From Oikopleura dioica (taxonomy: Eukaryota; Animalia; Chordata), in contig OU015566.1 of the NCBI GenBank assembly GCA_907165135.1, positions 7,936,001 to 8,000,000 of the forward strand: a stretch of DNA of 64,000 nucleotides, in the 5' to 3' direction. The notes under the pieces are model-generated. The model saw only the letters and a list, made by a program, of their open reading frames with translations. It was not told the DNA's origin and ran no database searches. The position numbers were made by a program, and so were the translations under genes. Shown piece after piece: positions 49,391 through 62,450 of this stretch (positions are counted from its first letter, which is position 1; each line of letters starts with the position of its first letter).

Positions 49391-50572
49391 GACTTGTATT
49401 TGAATAAATATGGATCGTAAACAAATCGTCTAAAACCTCAGAAAAAACAAAAAGTGCATCTTAGGCGAACTAAAATTCCCAAATTCAATTTCCTTGCAAA
49501 CCAAATCCTAAATCATTCGTAATCCACAATTTGCTCGTGTTTGTATAAATTGATCCCTTCTTTTAGGGTGGCCACGCCCGCATCTGACGCGAACCGAGTG
49601 GCAATAAATATGGATCAAAAAGCTCCAAATTGAGAATTTAAATTGGATTTAGATCGAGTCCTGGCCTTGTAGAATTGACCCTTGGGTAGGGATAGCAGCG
49701 GATAATCTCCAAATATTGCGGCGATTTCTCAACAACAAGACAAGTTAGTTTTGAAAATCACGCCGCGCCGTGTGATCCCTGCAAATAAAGTCGCCATTTA
49801 CAGTAAATAGCGGCTCTTGCTGCAAAAAAGCGCTAGAAGTTTGAAATTGTAACGGTTGAGCCTGAATTGCATGTTCACAAAAAGTCGAAAAGTGTAGAGT
49901 GACTAGAGGACGGTGAGGCGGATCCGGTTAATTCGCGGATTTGGTGACGCAGGCATGAAAATTCGTAAATGGCAAAGTACCAAAGTCGGGACAGGCGGTG
50001 TGACGAAGCCTGCTAAGTATCCACAAAGGTCTTCCGGTTGCCTTTATATTTTTAATTGATGAATTATCTGCCGAATAGAAAATGAAGTAGCTTGATAGAA
50101 CACCAGTACTTCATTAATCTATCGGAAACAAATCATCGACGATTGTTTTAGATCTCAAAAACATTCTCTCATCTCTAGTTACTTATATTGATTTATCATT
50201 TTAAATATTTTATAATTTTATAATTTTAAATACATTCTTCTTGTCGAAATTGCCCATGCTTTGAGGGCTGCCCGAATTTTGCTTCATTTTATTTATCTCC
50301 ATTATTTATTTGTAAAATCGTTTTTCAGTGACAGACGAGCATTCAGGCTCACGACTTTTGAAAGTTCCTCATTTTATTTGTACAATTTTTGCCCTTGCTT
50401 TGGTGATTGCCCTCTTGACTTCATTTAAAAATATTTAATATTATCTCATTAAATGAAAATTTTTCATTTTTCTCAACTGAAGTTTCTTCCTCCAAACAGG
50501 TATCCGCCAGTCCGACCTAATATTTGCGCTGTCTCGAAGACGATACCGCTTCTTTAAAACGTCCATTTATGC

Positions 50573-50817
50573 GACAGTACTGAAAATGGCACGAATGGCA
50601 CGAATGGCACGAAAACATGTCTTTTCATCGTGCCATTTTCAGTTAAATTCTAGAAACTCTTTTGTTATTGTTTTTCCATCCTTGAGTTTCCGGAGCGGGC
50701 GTTTATTACTTGAAGATTCAATGAGAAATTGATCATTTATGCTTAAATCACTACTATTTCGATTTTTTATCATTTACAGTGGCAAAATTGAGGATTTTCA
50801 ATCAAAAAAGTATTGAC
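50573..50817. mobile_element. 245-bp insertion flanked by a 10-bp direct repeat (MULE-like TSD length)
   Basis: CCATTTATGC at 50563-50572 and 50818-50827. The duplicate at ~57960 has a single copy and no insert. Contains the hairpin CTGAAAATGGCACGA...TCGTGCCATTTTCAG. TIRs are weak. Confidence 0.55.
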
Positions 50818-51168
50818 CCATTTATGCTCCATTAATTCTATTTTTTGATCTTTTATAACTTCTATCTTTGGTAAATTTTGACCTAGACAGGGTATAAATA
50901 TAACGTGGTTTCCAGCTTTGATATGATACGCGTATATTTGCGTCTTTTGACAAATTTTGCGGGGAATGAAGTGGATTAAGAATTGAACTAAGACTTTAGA
51001 CTTGACTGATGATATTTATGTTCAAGGCTACTTTGTTATTTGTCAAAAATAGAGCGCTATTTTCACAGAATTTGATCATTTTTTCTGATAGTCAGTAAAT
51101 TGGGGGCGTAAATTATATATTTTGTAAAAACAATAGATATATTATAATATATATATTTATAAATATAT

Positions 51169-51281
51169 AAATCAAGGAAGAGTTTGAATCTCCTGTTCGA
51201 AGATCTTTTGAGAAGGCAGGCAACTCTATCCGAGGAGCATGGAATGGAGTAGTAAGTGCTTTTGGGAATTTATTCGGATAG
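51169..51281 (+). pseudogene. Isolated last-exon fragment of the small membrane-protein gene
   Basis: Nearly identical to the end of A1 (EIKEEFESPVRRSFEKAGNSIRGAWNGVVSAFGNLFG*), but preceded by an unrelated AT-rich junction. Confidence 0.7.
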
Positions 51282-51376
51282 AAATGACTGTTTTTCCCTG
51301 CCATTTTAATTTGAATAAAAATGGACAGAAAACAATTCGTTTTAGGTTTGCTGAAGCATACACAAAATGAAAACAT

Positions 51377-54300
51377 TTATTCAAAAGCGCAGTAATCTAC
51401 AGGAACTTCATAAAGAACTGGAATCCAATTACTGAAACCATCGGAATATTCTCCAATGGCTTGTGCATCAATTAAAACATCCCCTACGAAATCGAGTCGT
51501 TCAATTGGATTAGGACTTATTGCTCCAGACACAATAAAAATTGAGTTTTTGATCATTATTGCAGATGCATCCGAGTCAGCCTTTATCAAAAAAGTTTTCT
51601 TATAAAGTTAATTTTTTATTACGTGTTTAAGTTCGCCGATTTCTGTCCAAACCAAGTCCGCGAAAAGCCAAATTTTTGAGGTAAATACCTCATTTCGGGC
51701 AGCAGAGTATCCTCCGGCCAGCAAAAGATTGCCGCTTGGAAGGCCCACCAAAACATGATAACCGATAAGACTGAAATGGTTTAAAATTTTTATAAAGAAT
51801 ACTTTGAACAATTGATAGTGATGCATCCATTCAAGAGTTCAAAGTTTTCATATATTTTTTTTACTTAGAAGAAATATAAGAAGGGAGTCAAAATAATTTT
51901 TTTGGAGAAAAATCATCTCGATAATTATCATTCATGATGAATACCCCCTTAATTACTTGTGTGGAAAATCCGTCGTTTTGCGCCAGCCAGTGAGATCGAG
52001 AATCTCTGCTTTATTAAGTAGCTTTCGATGCTCCTCGGTCTGGGACTCGGAACATCCAACAGTTATTGCTTTTCCTCTGTAGAGACCGAGTTTTCCACCA
52101 CGATGTGGAAAGATCGTTTTGTAAGTTAATGTTGAATTTGTAAGTTCAGAATCAAAAATCTCGCATCTCTGGTGTGGGTAGGGGACATCAAAGCAAATTA
52201 ATGCTTTTATGCCGTCTTCTATTGGGAGCGCGGCAGACATAAAATTTATCGCGTTGTTCAATCGTTTCGACATTTCCTTCCATTCGCAGCCTACCAATTT
52301 AGCAATCTAAATCCAAAAATTTTAAGGACAGTCGAGCTTTCTCACTTTGTATTTATCCGACTCTCCGCCAAAAATGAAGAGTTCATTTTTTTAGAAGAGC
52401 ATGAGGAGCGCAATAGATATAGTTGTCTTCTGGTGCCGCAATTGTTACTGATTTACTCAGCGATGCATGTCCAATACCATCTACAGTAATCGTAAATGCA
52501 TCTATCAAACTCTTCCCCATAACCAATAGCGCTGTGCTGGGTTTCTTCTGAGGGGTATAAGATGTGTAATAAAAAGAATGCACTATCGTGCGGTCGTCAA
52601 ATTTAAAAAGACGGATTTTTCTGTTCTTGACAGTGTCGAGGCCCTTTGTCTTGATTACTGAGTTAGTTTCGTGTTGTTTTTCGGAAAGCTTTCATCAGTT
52701 CATTCATTTTTTCGGCGGGAGTTAATAAATTTTTTGTTTTACAATATTCGCAAAATCGATGGACTTTTCCTCAAGGATTTCAAAAAAGGATACAATCGAG
52801 TCAACCGCCTTTAGATGGAACGTCAATTGTCTTAAGTTTTTACCATTTGTCTTTAAAATAAATTGTCCATCAAAATATTCTGAACTCATCCAAACTGAGC
52901 CATTTTTATAAATTCCAAAGCAAAAGAGATTTGTCCCACCAAAAAAATTTCCTCCAAGAAACTTCATCTCATTAAATTCATTATATAAATAGTCCTCCTG
53001 GAATTTTATCTCGAATTGAAGTCTATCAAATCCATCCAATTTCAGCTCGAACGTCGAAATATGTTTGAGCTCTGCTAGCGAGAAGAATATAGAATCAGGA
53101 ATAATTACTTTGTAAGCATCGAAAAGAGTGCCGGGGTGAGGAAATCGCGGTTGAGAAACAGCATTCTTTGCGAATGAAGGAAAGATGTCATCATGAAAGG
53201 CAAAAAGAGGATTGCTTGTTACGTGCATTTTCTTTTTCGATCTTCGCTGGACAAATTCAAGCTCGATTTTCGCTTTTCAAAGGTTTTTAAAGATCCTCTT
53301 ATTGAAGAACCTCTTACTTTGAACCCTCTCCAAAATTAAATTCGATTTCAAAAATTATATCAAAAACACTATTTTGGATAAAGAATCTCTCGTCATTTTT
53401 GAATAGATGTCCAAAATACTCGCATTCGTCGTTGTTATATCCTTTCTGATCTGTATAGTGCGGATCATCTTGAGAGAACAACGCCGAAAAGCAAATTCGT
53501 TTCTGTTCGTAAGTAATAAGAGAACCAATCCACTCGCGTCCTAGTGTCAGAAATTTTCCTTCTGTCTCCAACAGCAAAGAATAAAGTGTGTTTGATAAAA
53601 AGACATTTCTTGTCACTACAATTAAAAGAAGTCGCCCCAAATCTATCTGAATTGGGCTAAAAAGTGATTTCTTAGATAACATGTTATCTGAGTTATAAGA
53701 TGTAATAAATAATATTTTTCAACCTTTTTCAAAGGAGTCACGTGAACTGGGTTTAAATCCCTTAATTCGAATGGTACTTTTATTTCATTTTTCTTCCATC
53801 CTTTCTCGAATTCTTCCTCTTTTCTAATTCTGTTCAATACATATGTCGTTGACAGTTTGATGTAATGGTCGCCCATTCTGACACTCATCAGATTGAATAC
53901 TCCTTTAAAACTGACTGAGGAGACTTTCGCGTTGAAGTGGTTGCTGGAGATGTAGCCCTGAGCCTCTTCGAAACGGTTTAAATTGTAATCTGGACCGTAG
54001 TAGAAGCATTTTTCTTCTCTACCAGTGGGGCGGCTTTAAATGGTCAAGTTTATATATACTGGTACAATATCCTATCTTCTTGACCCTTTTCAGATGACGA
54101 CAACTGGAAAAACCTGTTGATCTTTATCTTTCCGGTGAATGGCTATTTGGTGAGTCCCGATCGAAGATCCAAAGTGGAATACGAAGAAACCGCTTCAAGA
54201 CGAGTAAAGGCATAATTAAATTTTATTCGCCTACATATGCTTGAGTCCATTTGGAATGAAGAGAGATAAAGTTCCAGTTTCTGTCAATCTTTGCAAGTTT

Positions 54301-55298
54301 CCACGAGCGTCGACCAAATAATGCTCGCCGTTTAAAAAAGTTGCACCAGTTGACTCTCGTGTTTTACTGATTTGATAAATATAATTATTTCTTGACGAAA
54401 TTATTGATCAGAGGAAAACGTTCATAAGAGAACAAAGAGCGAGAAACATCTAGTTGTTTATCAGTGCCGTCAACATCGGAAAAAATAATTGGCAATCTTT
54501 GTGCTTTGAATGTCTCCCTATCCGTCCAACGACTTTTTATAATGCTGAGATCTTGATCTGATTTGATGATTATCCTGAAGTGATTCTGATATAAATTGTC
54601 GTTTAATGTATAAGTCAGTTCAGTTGACAATTGCTCGTCTGTTTTCTCAAGATTGTTTTCAGTAAAGTTTTGCTGCAGATCGAAAACGGGAATCAGCGTC
54701 TGGCGCGACTCGAATTTCTCACACTCGTAAAAAGGACAAGGACATCCACTCAAACAGTATTTCTGAAGAGGGCAGACTTCCCCGGCGGCGTCTGAAGATC
54801 TTGACAGTTGAAAACACATCGATTCACAGGGCGAGATAGCATTATTCCTTGTTGATTCCGAAACGAGCGAATTCGAACAAAGATGGCGGCAGATTTTTTG
54901 GTCGTAAAACTGTTTCTTCTGACATCGGAGTTGGTTAACTTCGTTTTCTTCTTCAGTGAAAATCAAGGGCTCTTTTTCTCTGGGCACAATTTGAGTGACA
55001 GGTTCGGGAAGGATAAATTTTTGAGTTTCATAACACTTCTTCATCAGATGCCCGCAGTAGTCCATTGTTGCTTCTTGAACGCATTTCTTGTAGTTTCGAT
55101 GGCAAGTCGTAGTCAAAAAAGTTGTTCTGCCTCGTGATTTTTCCAAGGAATGAAAATTTGCTAGATATTTAAAATTTTCATTAAAAATATAAAAACATAA
55201 GAACCTATGAGCATAACAGTAATCCAGAATATAGAGCCAAGCGTAAGATAACTGTAAAGCTGAGGATCCGTGCCGTTTCCATGCTTCGCCAAGCTCAT
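51377..55298 (-). CDS. Large type II membrane Cys-rich/beta-propeller protein, copy B3 (appears intact)
   Basis: Exons are collinear with B1: ATG 55298 MSLAKHG..., ending PVLYEVPVDYCAFE*. No insertion or frameshift noticed. Lacks the TE-derived intron. Confidence 0.8.
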
Positions 55299-56829
55299 TT
55301 TCGCGGTCACCTTTTTCTTCCATGTCTTTTTATTCTTTGATTTTACCAAATCGTATTCTTGGGTGCGAATGCTTCGAGTGGTCAAAACATAATCGGGCAA
55401 CAAATACACTTTTCTTCTTTTTCGTCTCAGATAACCAATGCAGTCACAATCAAGGCACTTTTAAAACCAAGTTATATTCACTGTTCGATTATATCAAGGA
55501 TTTAGATAAGATTACCCGTATTCTTTTCTGAAAAATCAAATTCCTTTTTTTCTCATTTTTCTCGGCGAAAACCATTGCGAATGATATCTTAGAGTGAACT
55601 AATCACTTTGTTGGAGAGAGTACCGCTTTCGTTTTTCATGAGTAGTATTCTTTTTCTGACATTTCGACAGCTGAGTCGCCGTTTTCTTTCCTTCTTGAAT
55701 GTCACGAACTTGAAAATATTCTATGTTGAGAACGAGGTAGTAGTTCCTGAAATCAAGGAAGATTCTTACTCCAGGCTGGAGTCTCCAGCTGAAAGACCCT
55801 ATGACTCATAGGCTATGAGAAGGCTCTATAAGATAAGCATAATGGAAGGTAGTTTGTGCTTTTAGAAATGAATGTTTGCTCCCTGCGACTTGTGTTTGAA
55901 TAAATATGGATCGTCAACAAATCGTCTAAAACCTCAGCAAAAACAAAAAGTGCATCTTAGTCGAACTAAAATTCCCAAATTAAATTTCCTTGCAAAACAA
56001 ATCCTAAATCATTCGTAATCCACAATTTTTCCGTGTTTGTATAAATTGATCCCTTCTTTTAGGGCGGCCACGCCCGCATCTGACACGAACCGAGTGGCAA
56101 TAAATATGGATCAAAAAGCTCCAAATTGAGAATTTAAATTGGATTTAGATCGAGTCCTAGCGTTGTAGAATTGACCCTTGGGTAGGGATAGCAGCGGATA
56201 ATCTCCAAATATTGCGGCGATTTCTCAACAACAAGACAAGTTGGTTTTGAAAATCACGCCGCGCCGTGTGATCCCTGCAAATATAGTCGCCATTTACAGT
56301 AAATAGCGGCTCATGCAGCAAAAAGAGCGCTAGAAATTTGAAATTGCAACGGTTGAGCCTGAATCGCATGTTCACTAAAAGCCGAAAAGTGTAGAGTGAC
56401 TAGAGGACGGTGAGGCGGATCCGGTTAATTCGCGGATTTGGTGACGCAGGCATGAAAATTCGCAAATGGCAAAGTACCAAAGTCGGGACAGGCGGTGTGA
56501 CGAAGCCTGCTAAGTATCCAGAAAGGTCTTCCGGTTGCCTTTATATCCATGAATAATCTGCATTCTAGCTGATATAATATGAGTTTATTTGAGAGACAGT
56601 TCAACCAGTATTCTTATTTTTATGTTTTTTTCTCTGGATTCTTCATTTTGTCAGGTGTTTAAAATTTCATAAATTTTGATATTCATCATATTATTATTAT
56701 ATATGACCATACTTTATTTCTTTTTGTTTTTTCATTTTAAATAATGATCGTTCTAGTAGACTCAGTCCGGCTCATTTAGCTTTTGCAAATTTACTCAGTT
56801 AGTATGCCTACTTCTATGAGTTGACTTCA

Positions 56830-57960
56830 AGGTCGAAAAAAGTACGAAAAAGCATACGTCAGTGTTTTTCGATATCATCTGCCAGCGGAAAAGCTTGTGA
56901 CGGTTGCCGGATTTCAACGCCTCAACTTTTTCATCCCTTTGATCATCTCCTCGCTGAGAAAAAATCCTTCCGCAAATCTCAACCCTTACGACATGGCACG
57001 ACTCCTGGAACGCTTATCATTTCCTTATCTTTTTCTTATCAGCAATTTTTTTTATGGTGCGAAGCGGTTCTTTGATCTCTTGAAGGGTTATTTATGGATA
57101 AATATTAAAAACTTATAATGAAATTATGAAAGGAGAGCTTGTTTCGTAACATTGAAATTTTCAAGAAGATTGGCCTTTTCACTGATTTCCAGAAAAGAAA
57201 AAGGTTAGAGAAAGCTCTAGCGCAAGGTGGAGAAATCCCTGTCCGATAAATGCCGGACATGCTTTTTGCCATGCCTTGTCTTACAATGAGATAAGCGGAA
57301 ACTGCAACACGATAATAAGGTTAGTTCATTTATTCATAATTTGTAAATCACAGAAGACGATGCTCCGCGGACCTTAATTAAAAAACTAAAAACAGTTATT
57401 CATTTTATGTTATGAGAGTGCCCCTGTGGATTGAATTGCCCAGATTCTTTTCATTTTATCTCGTTTTATTTTATTGCAATTTATGAGCAGAGAACTCAAT
57501 TTGTGGATGCAAGATGCCAGATAATGCAGCATTTTATTCCCATGAACACGCCCCAGGGCAAACTGCGTCTGTGAGACACAGTTTTGAGACGTCTCAAATT
57601 TACAGTTTTAAAATAATCTTATCAAGTTCGTGTTCTAGTATTATCTTCGTGATGAAATTGCCCGTGCTTTGAGGGCTGCCCGAATATTGCTTCATTTAAT
57701 TTATCTTCATTATTTATTTGTCAAGTTGATTCTCAGTGGCAGACGAACATTCAGGCTCACGACATTTGAAAGTTTTTCATTTTATTCGTACAATTTTTGT
57801 CCTTGCTTTGGTGATTGCCCTCTTGACTTCATTTAAAAATATTTAATATAACATGCTTCTCATTTTCACTTTTTTCATCTGAAGTTCCTTGAACAGGTAT
57901 CCGCCAGTCCGACCTAATATTTGCGCTGTCTCGAAGACGATACCGCTTCTTGAAAACGTC
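56830..57960 (+). other. Possible small-exon gene or gene remnant, unknown product
   Basis: Open coding-like stretch 56830-57118 followed by several GT/AG-bounded short segments. The reading frame of the later segments is ambiguous, and the duplicate at 50250-50570 is partial. Confidence 0.3.
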
Positions 57961-58317
57961 CATTTATGCTCCATTTATTCTATTTTTTGATCTTTTATAA
58001 CTTCTATCTTGGGTAAATTTCGACCTAGACAGGGTATAAATATAACGTGGTTTCCAGCTTTGATATGATACGCGTGTATATTTAGCATCTTTTGACGAAT
58101 TTAGCGGCGAATGAAGTGGATTAAGAATTGAACGAAGACTTTAGACTTGAATGACGATATTTATGCTCAAGGCTACTTTGTTATTTGTCAAAAATAGAGC
58201 GCTTTACAGAATTTGATCATTTATTCTGATAATCAGTAAATTGGTGGCGTAATTATACATTTTGTAAAAACAATATACAGTCAGATAAAAGATACAGGAG
58301 TTACACTGTCATCAGTT

Positions 58318-61300
58318 TCAGACTTGGCTGACTGATCTAGCCTTCGGTCTTTGATGGTTTGAAAGTTGCTTCTGACGGAGCTTAGCAGCTTGGCAGCGAA
58401 GATTCTCAGGAAAGTAAGTTGCGTTGGACGGGTCTGACCCTTCGAAAACGACTCGAATCTGCTCGCTTCCGGTGGAAACCGACTGGTTGAGGGTACAAAC
58501 CAACACTTCATAGTCAGAATTGCTCTCGCTCTGACTCGAGTCCTCTGAGTTCTAAAATACAGAAGTTAGATACACAGGTCAAGTTAATCTGAGGTTAACA
58601 TAGTTTTTCAGTTACGAAATCATCATTGGATTGGGGAAGAACGCCCTAATAACTCGAAAAAAGTGAGGATTATTGCCAAAAGTGCGGTCTCAATAAGTCT
58701 CGCCTGAGAACGAAAAACTACTCCTCAAAAGAGACAACGCAACCACTCAAACGGATTGGATTATGGCTTGAAAATCCGGTAAAGAGAATTTCCTGAAAAT
58801 CGCTCACTTTGCGACTTTTTTTTTGAAAAGGATTTTACCTTGTTGTTCGAGCCTGACTCGGTTCCATAGCCATCATCGTGGATTGCAGAGCCTGTTGATT
58901 GTGTGTGAATTTGTCCGACTCGCGATCCTTGGACAGAAGCTATCTTTTTCGACTGATGGGATGAAGTCGAGTTGATTTCGTTGACGGACTTGGTTGAGGA
59001 TTCTCGGAGAAGCTGAGGGCAAGAGATCTCGGTGGCAAAGTGGTCGTCGTTCCGCGAATGATGATGTCCAGCGGTAGCTCCAGAAACACCAGCACCAGCA
59101 GCAGCGCCCGCCCAATCAGCTGCTTTGTAACACTGACCTCGGGTCATCGAGCGAAGCCGCAACCAAAGGGCTGCTCCAGCGACCGCAAGAAGAAGAGCCA
59201 CAGCAATCACGGTACCAAGAATAACTTCCAGTGGTAGCCCTAGAATTAATTGTGAATATTTGAATAACATCTTATTCTCAGGATACTACGGACGTTTTTA
59301 TTTGAAAGGGGTTAGATCTAGTATTCTCCTAGTTGTAAAAACACCATGTAGTATTCGCGCAAAAAATTGCCAAATAGTCATGTCCAGCTTTGAAATTGGC
59401 GCCACTTAGTCAAGGCAGCTCCAGAATTCGGGCGGGAGTTTCCCCTTCAGCTTCCGCTTGAACGTGCGAAATGCGTTATTACAGCGCTTTGTAAACACGA
59501 TTTGTTCAAAAAGTCATACCGGTTTCCTTCAGGTTGATGAGTTTGGAGACTTGGCCGAGTTCATTTCCAACGATGCATTCGTACTGGCCGCGCTCGAGGA
59601 GGAGCGAAAGCTGCGAGTTCTTGAAGTCTTCGGGAGTTCCTGTTGCAGGGATAGACAATCATTTTTACAGACAAAGCTCGAAATATCATCTTTTTAGTGA
59701 TTTTGATGGCCGTCAATACGAAGAATTGTCAATCCATTCCTTTGAAAACGAGCGCTTCTTCTTGATCGGCAACTGCAACATCCCTGATTTGGACCAAGAT
59801 TGGTTCCGGCTCGGCGATGAAGGCGCATTCCAGGGTGTCTCCGGTTTGTACTTTCCGAGAGTCAACAAGCGAACTAAGGGCCACACCCAACAATAATCAA
59901 AAAAGTCACAATGAAAAATTTGGGATGGGGTAATGACGCAAATACAGCTCAACTGCACGCATTTGTGTTTATATGAGGTACACGAGTTAGTTTCGACCAA
60001 AACTGGGCGACAGAGAGGGTCACCTGGTTTTATTTTAGATGTTCGAAACATCTTGAATTTTCTAATTTACAGACTAGACAGTCTGTAAGACCATAAAATT
60101 CATGTTTCAAAAACGGTTTTCGACTCTTTCCTGTTTGACTGGTAATAACTGGTGGTCCACGAACAGCCAAGGTGACGCTCGATCTGGCCTTGCCAAGCAT
60201 CGACTCCGCCAAGCAAATATACTCACCCGCATGAGAAGAACTGAGCTCCGCAATCTCTAAGAAATCCCCCACACCGATCTGTGTTTCCTGATCATGAGAC
60301 CTGAACCACGTGATCTCGGGTTTCGGATTTCCGGCGAATTCGCACTTGAGAGCGGCTCGTTCAAGTTGATCCATAACGACGCGTTCGGGAGTTGATTTGA
60401 CTGCTTTTGGCGCATCTGAAGGAAAATTTGTTAGTGAGAGCATTTTTTGCTTGTTGAATAAGAACCGGCGGCTAAGCCAAGAAACACATAAAGAAGAATG
60501 AATTCGTGAGGGTGTGGCTTAACCCTTAGACGTACAGAGCGAGAAACGTGCCCTTGTGAATTGATCCAGCCACAAATATTTGGAGCTACAACGCATCCGC
60601 GCTTGATGTGCCCTACACACATGAGTCTACATCCGGTTTAACCCGCGCCCGGTAAGTAGCTCGCATCAAGGGGTTAAGCGGCTATTAAGTGTGCATTTTA
60701 CGCTGAAATGACTTCAGTATTCAGCAAAACACATTCTAGGAAAGTACCGCGGCAGTAGATAATCACCCAAATTGTCGGTATTTTAACACTTCTCGGAGCA
60801 CTCCCCCGAGCACCAACATATGTTTGCCCTTTAAAAATATTTTGCGCGCACGGGAAAAAATAAGTCCCATTAACCACCGGGTGGTGCAACAAAAACGAGC
60901 CAACAGGTGCGGAAATTTTTTAAGACAAAAACTACCGCCACCTGTGTCTGATCCGGGCGGATTCTAGCGCGATTAAGGGTGTAGCTTTATCTTCTTTCTT
61001 TTTTGGCTCACAAATGTCTGAGTTTTTTGGTAGACAAGTCTAGGTGTGATCCAATTAAGAATGTCATCATCGGGCAGCGATTTTGCGGGCAGGAAAGCCC
61101 TCGGAATCCTTCGCAAGCCACAGAGCTGTCCCTTTTATTTGTCCTTTATATTTATATTTATTTTATTTATCTAACGACACCGCAGTTTGTTTTGCGACTT
61201 GCTGCGCTGGTGATACCGAAAACTCAATTTGAACATTTGTTCCAACCTTCAACGACCGTACCGCTAAATTATGCGTAGTTAACCAGTGAAGCGTCAAAAA

Positions 61301-62450
61301 TGCCGGATTTTTGGGGAAAACAACTTATGTGGTGATTGACTATTATGCAATTCAGGCCGCTTTGAAGCAATATACAAACGTACATGTGACTCGGAGAGGA
61401 GTGGCACCAGAACTCTGTCCAATTGAGTTTTTCGCTCTGCATTCGACGAGCTTCAAATCCATATCCGAGCTGACCGAGTTGAGCATGAGCGTTGGACCGG
61501 AAGCATTCTCGACGCGTACACCACCGACTGACCAGAGGATGTCCGAAGCCGCCACTGGAGGGTTAGCGGAAGTCCGGCAACTAGCTGTGACGTCATCGCC
61601 TTCTGCAGTAGAGTCACTGGAGAGTTCAACGGCAATCGAAGGTTTTGCTAAAAGATAAATTTGATAAGAAATAAGAAAAGGGAAGAAACTGATGAATCAT
61701 GCGAATCTTAAAAAAAAGAACAACGAGGAAACCGCGAGAAATGAATAATGTATTTGTTCTCTTGTCTTTCTAGAGCTCTATTGAACTCGATTTTTATCGC
61801 ACATAAAACTGTATAACAAGCGCTACGTTCAAAATTTCCGGCCTAACTGAAGACTATCCGGCTCTCAAAGCCGCAAAAGCTATTTTTACCAATCCTCAAT
61901 TTCCCCTTGTTTCCTCGCCAAGCTCAAAAAAAGCGAAACATTCCAAGAAGGAACAATTTTCAGCTGAAAACGAGAACACGTCGCAAAAATGGCAGAAGGG
62001 GCGAAACCTGTCACTCGTAGTTATTTCTTTTTCGAAAAGCTTACAAACCACTTCTGCATAAACACCAGGTATAGTCGGCAATCTGCAGCCTTAGTGGTAA
62101 ACAATTTTTATTAAAAGATTAGCTGAACATGTGACTACAGCTCGCTTCTTTGAACTTTCGTCTCAAAAGGCTGAGATTGAAATTTAAATACTGCTGAAAA
62201 AAGTATTCGTCTAATGAGTTCAACAGCTCACGGTAATTTGTCAATAATAAGCATGTCAAATAAACTTACAAAGTACGTTGAGCACGACTTCACGGATAAC
62301 AGGCTCATCCAGCGCCTCGTTTCTTCCCTTGCACGTCACGAATTTCTGGTGGTCTTCTTTGGTCGGCTTGAATGTCATTTCGGAGACTGTTGTTTTCACG
62401 ACTTCGCCGGAAATGGAATCTGTGCCGTTCATAGACGCTCCTGAAAGTAT
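58318..62450 (-). CDS. kirrel: KIRREL/Neph-like immunoglobulin-superfamily adhesion protein; 5' exons probably continue to or beyond the window end
   Basis: Consecutive Ig exons: TTVSEMTFKPT...VTCKGRNEAL; TASCRTSANPP...VECRAKNSIG; ALKCEFAGNPKPEITW...AGEYICLAESMLG...VRGPPVITS; GDTLECAF...YECIVGNELG. TM segment LPLEVILGTVIAVALLLAVAGAALWL. C-terminal PDZ-type motif SQV*. The domain order matches the Neph/Kirre family. Confidence 0.75.

Larger units (their letters stand above)
48640..51135. repeat. Segmental duplicate of ~55130-58280 (5' end of B gene, upstream flank, up to sequence just downstream of the KIRREL-like stop)
   Basis: Long near-identical blocks 48640-50050 vs 55130-56550 and 50250-51135 vs 57655-58280. 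The left copy lacks about 0.9 kb present at ~56700-57600. Confidence 0.9.

Noticed and set aside
60519-60677. TTAA-CCCTT...AAGGGG-TTAA piggyBac-like remnant in a KIRREL intron
   Set aside because: The terminal match is too short and imperfect to support without other copies.
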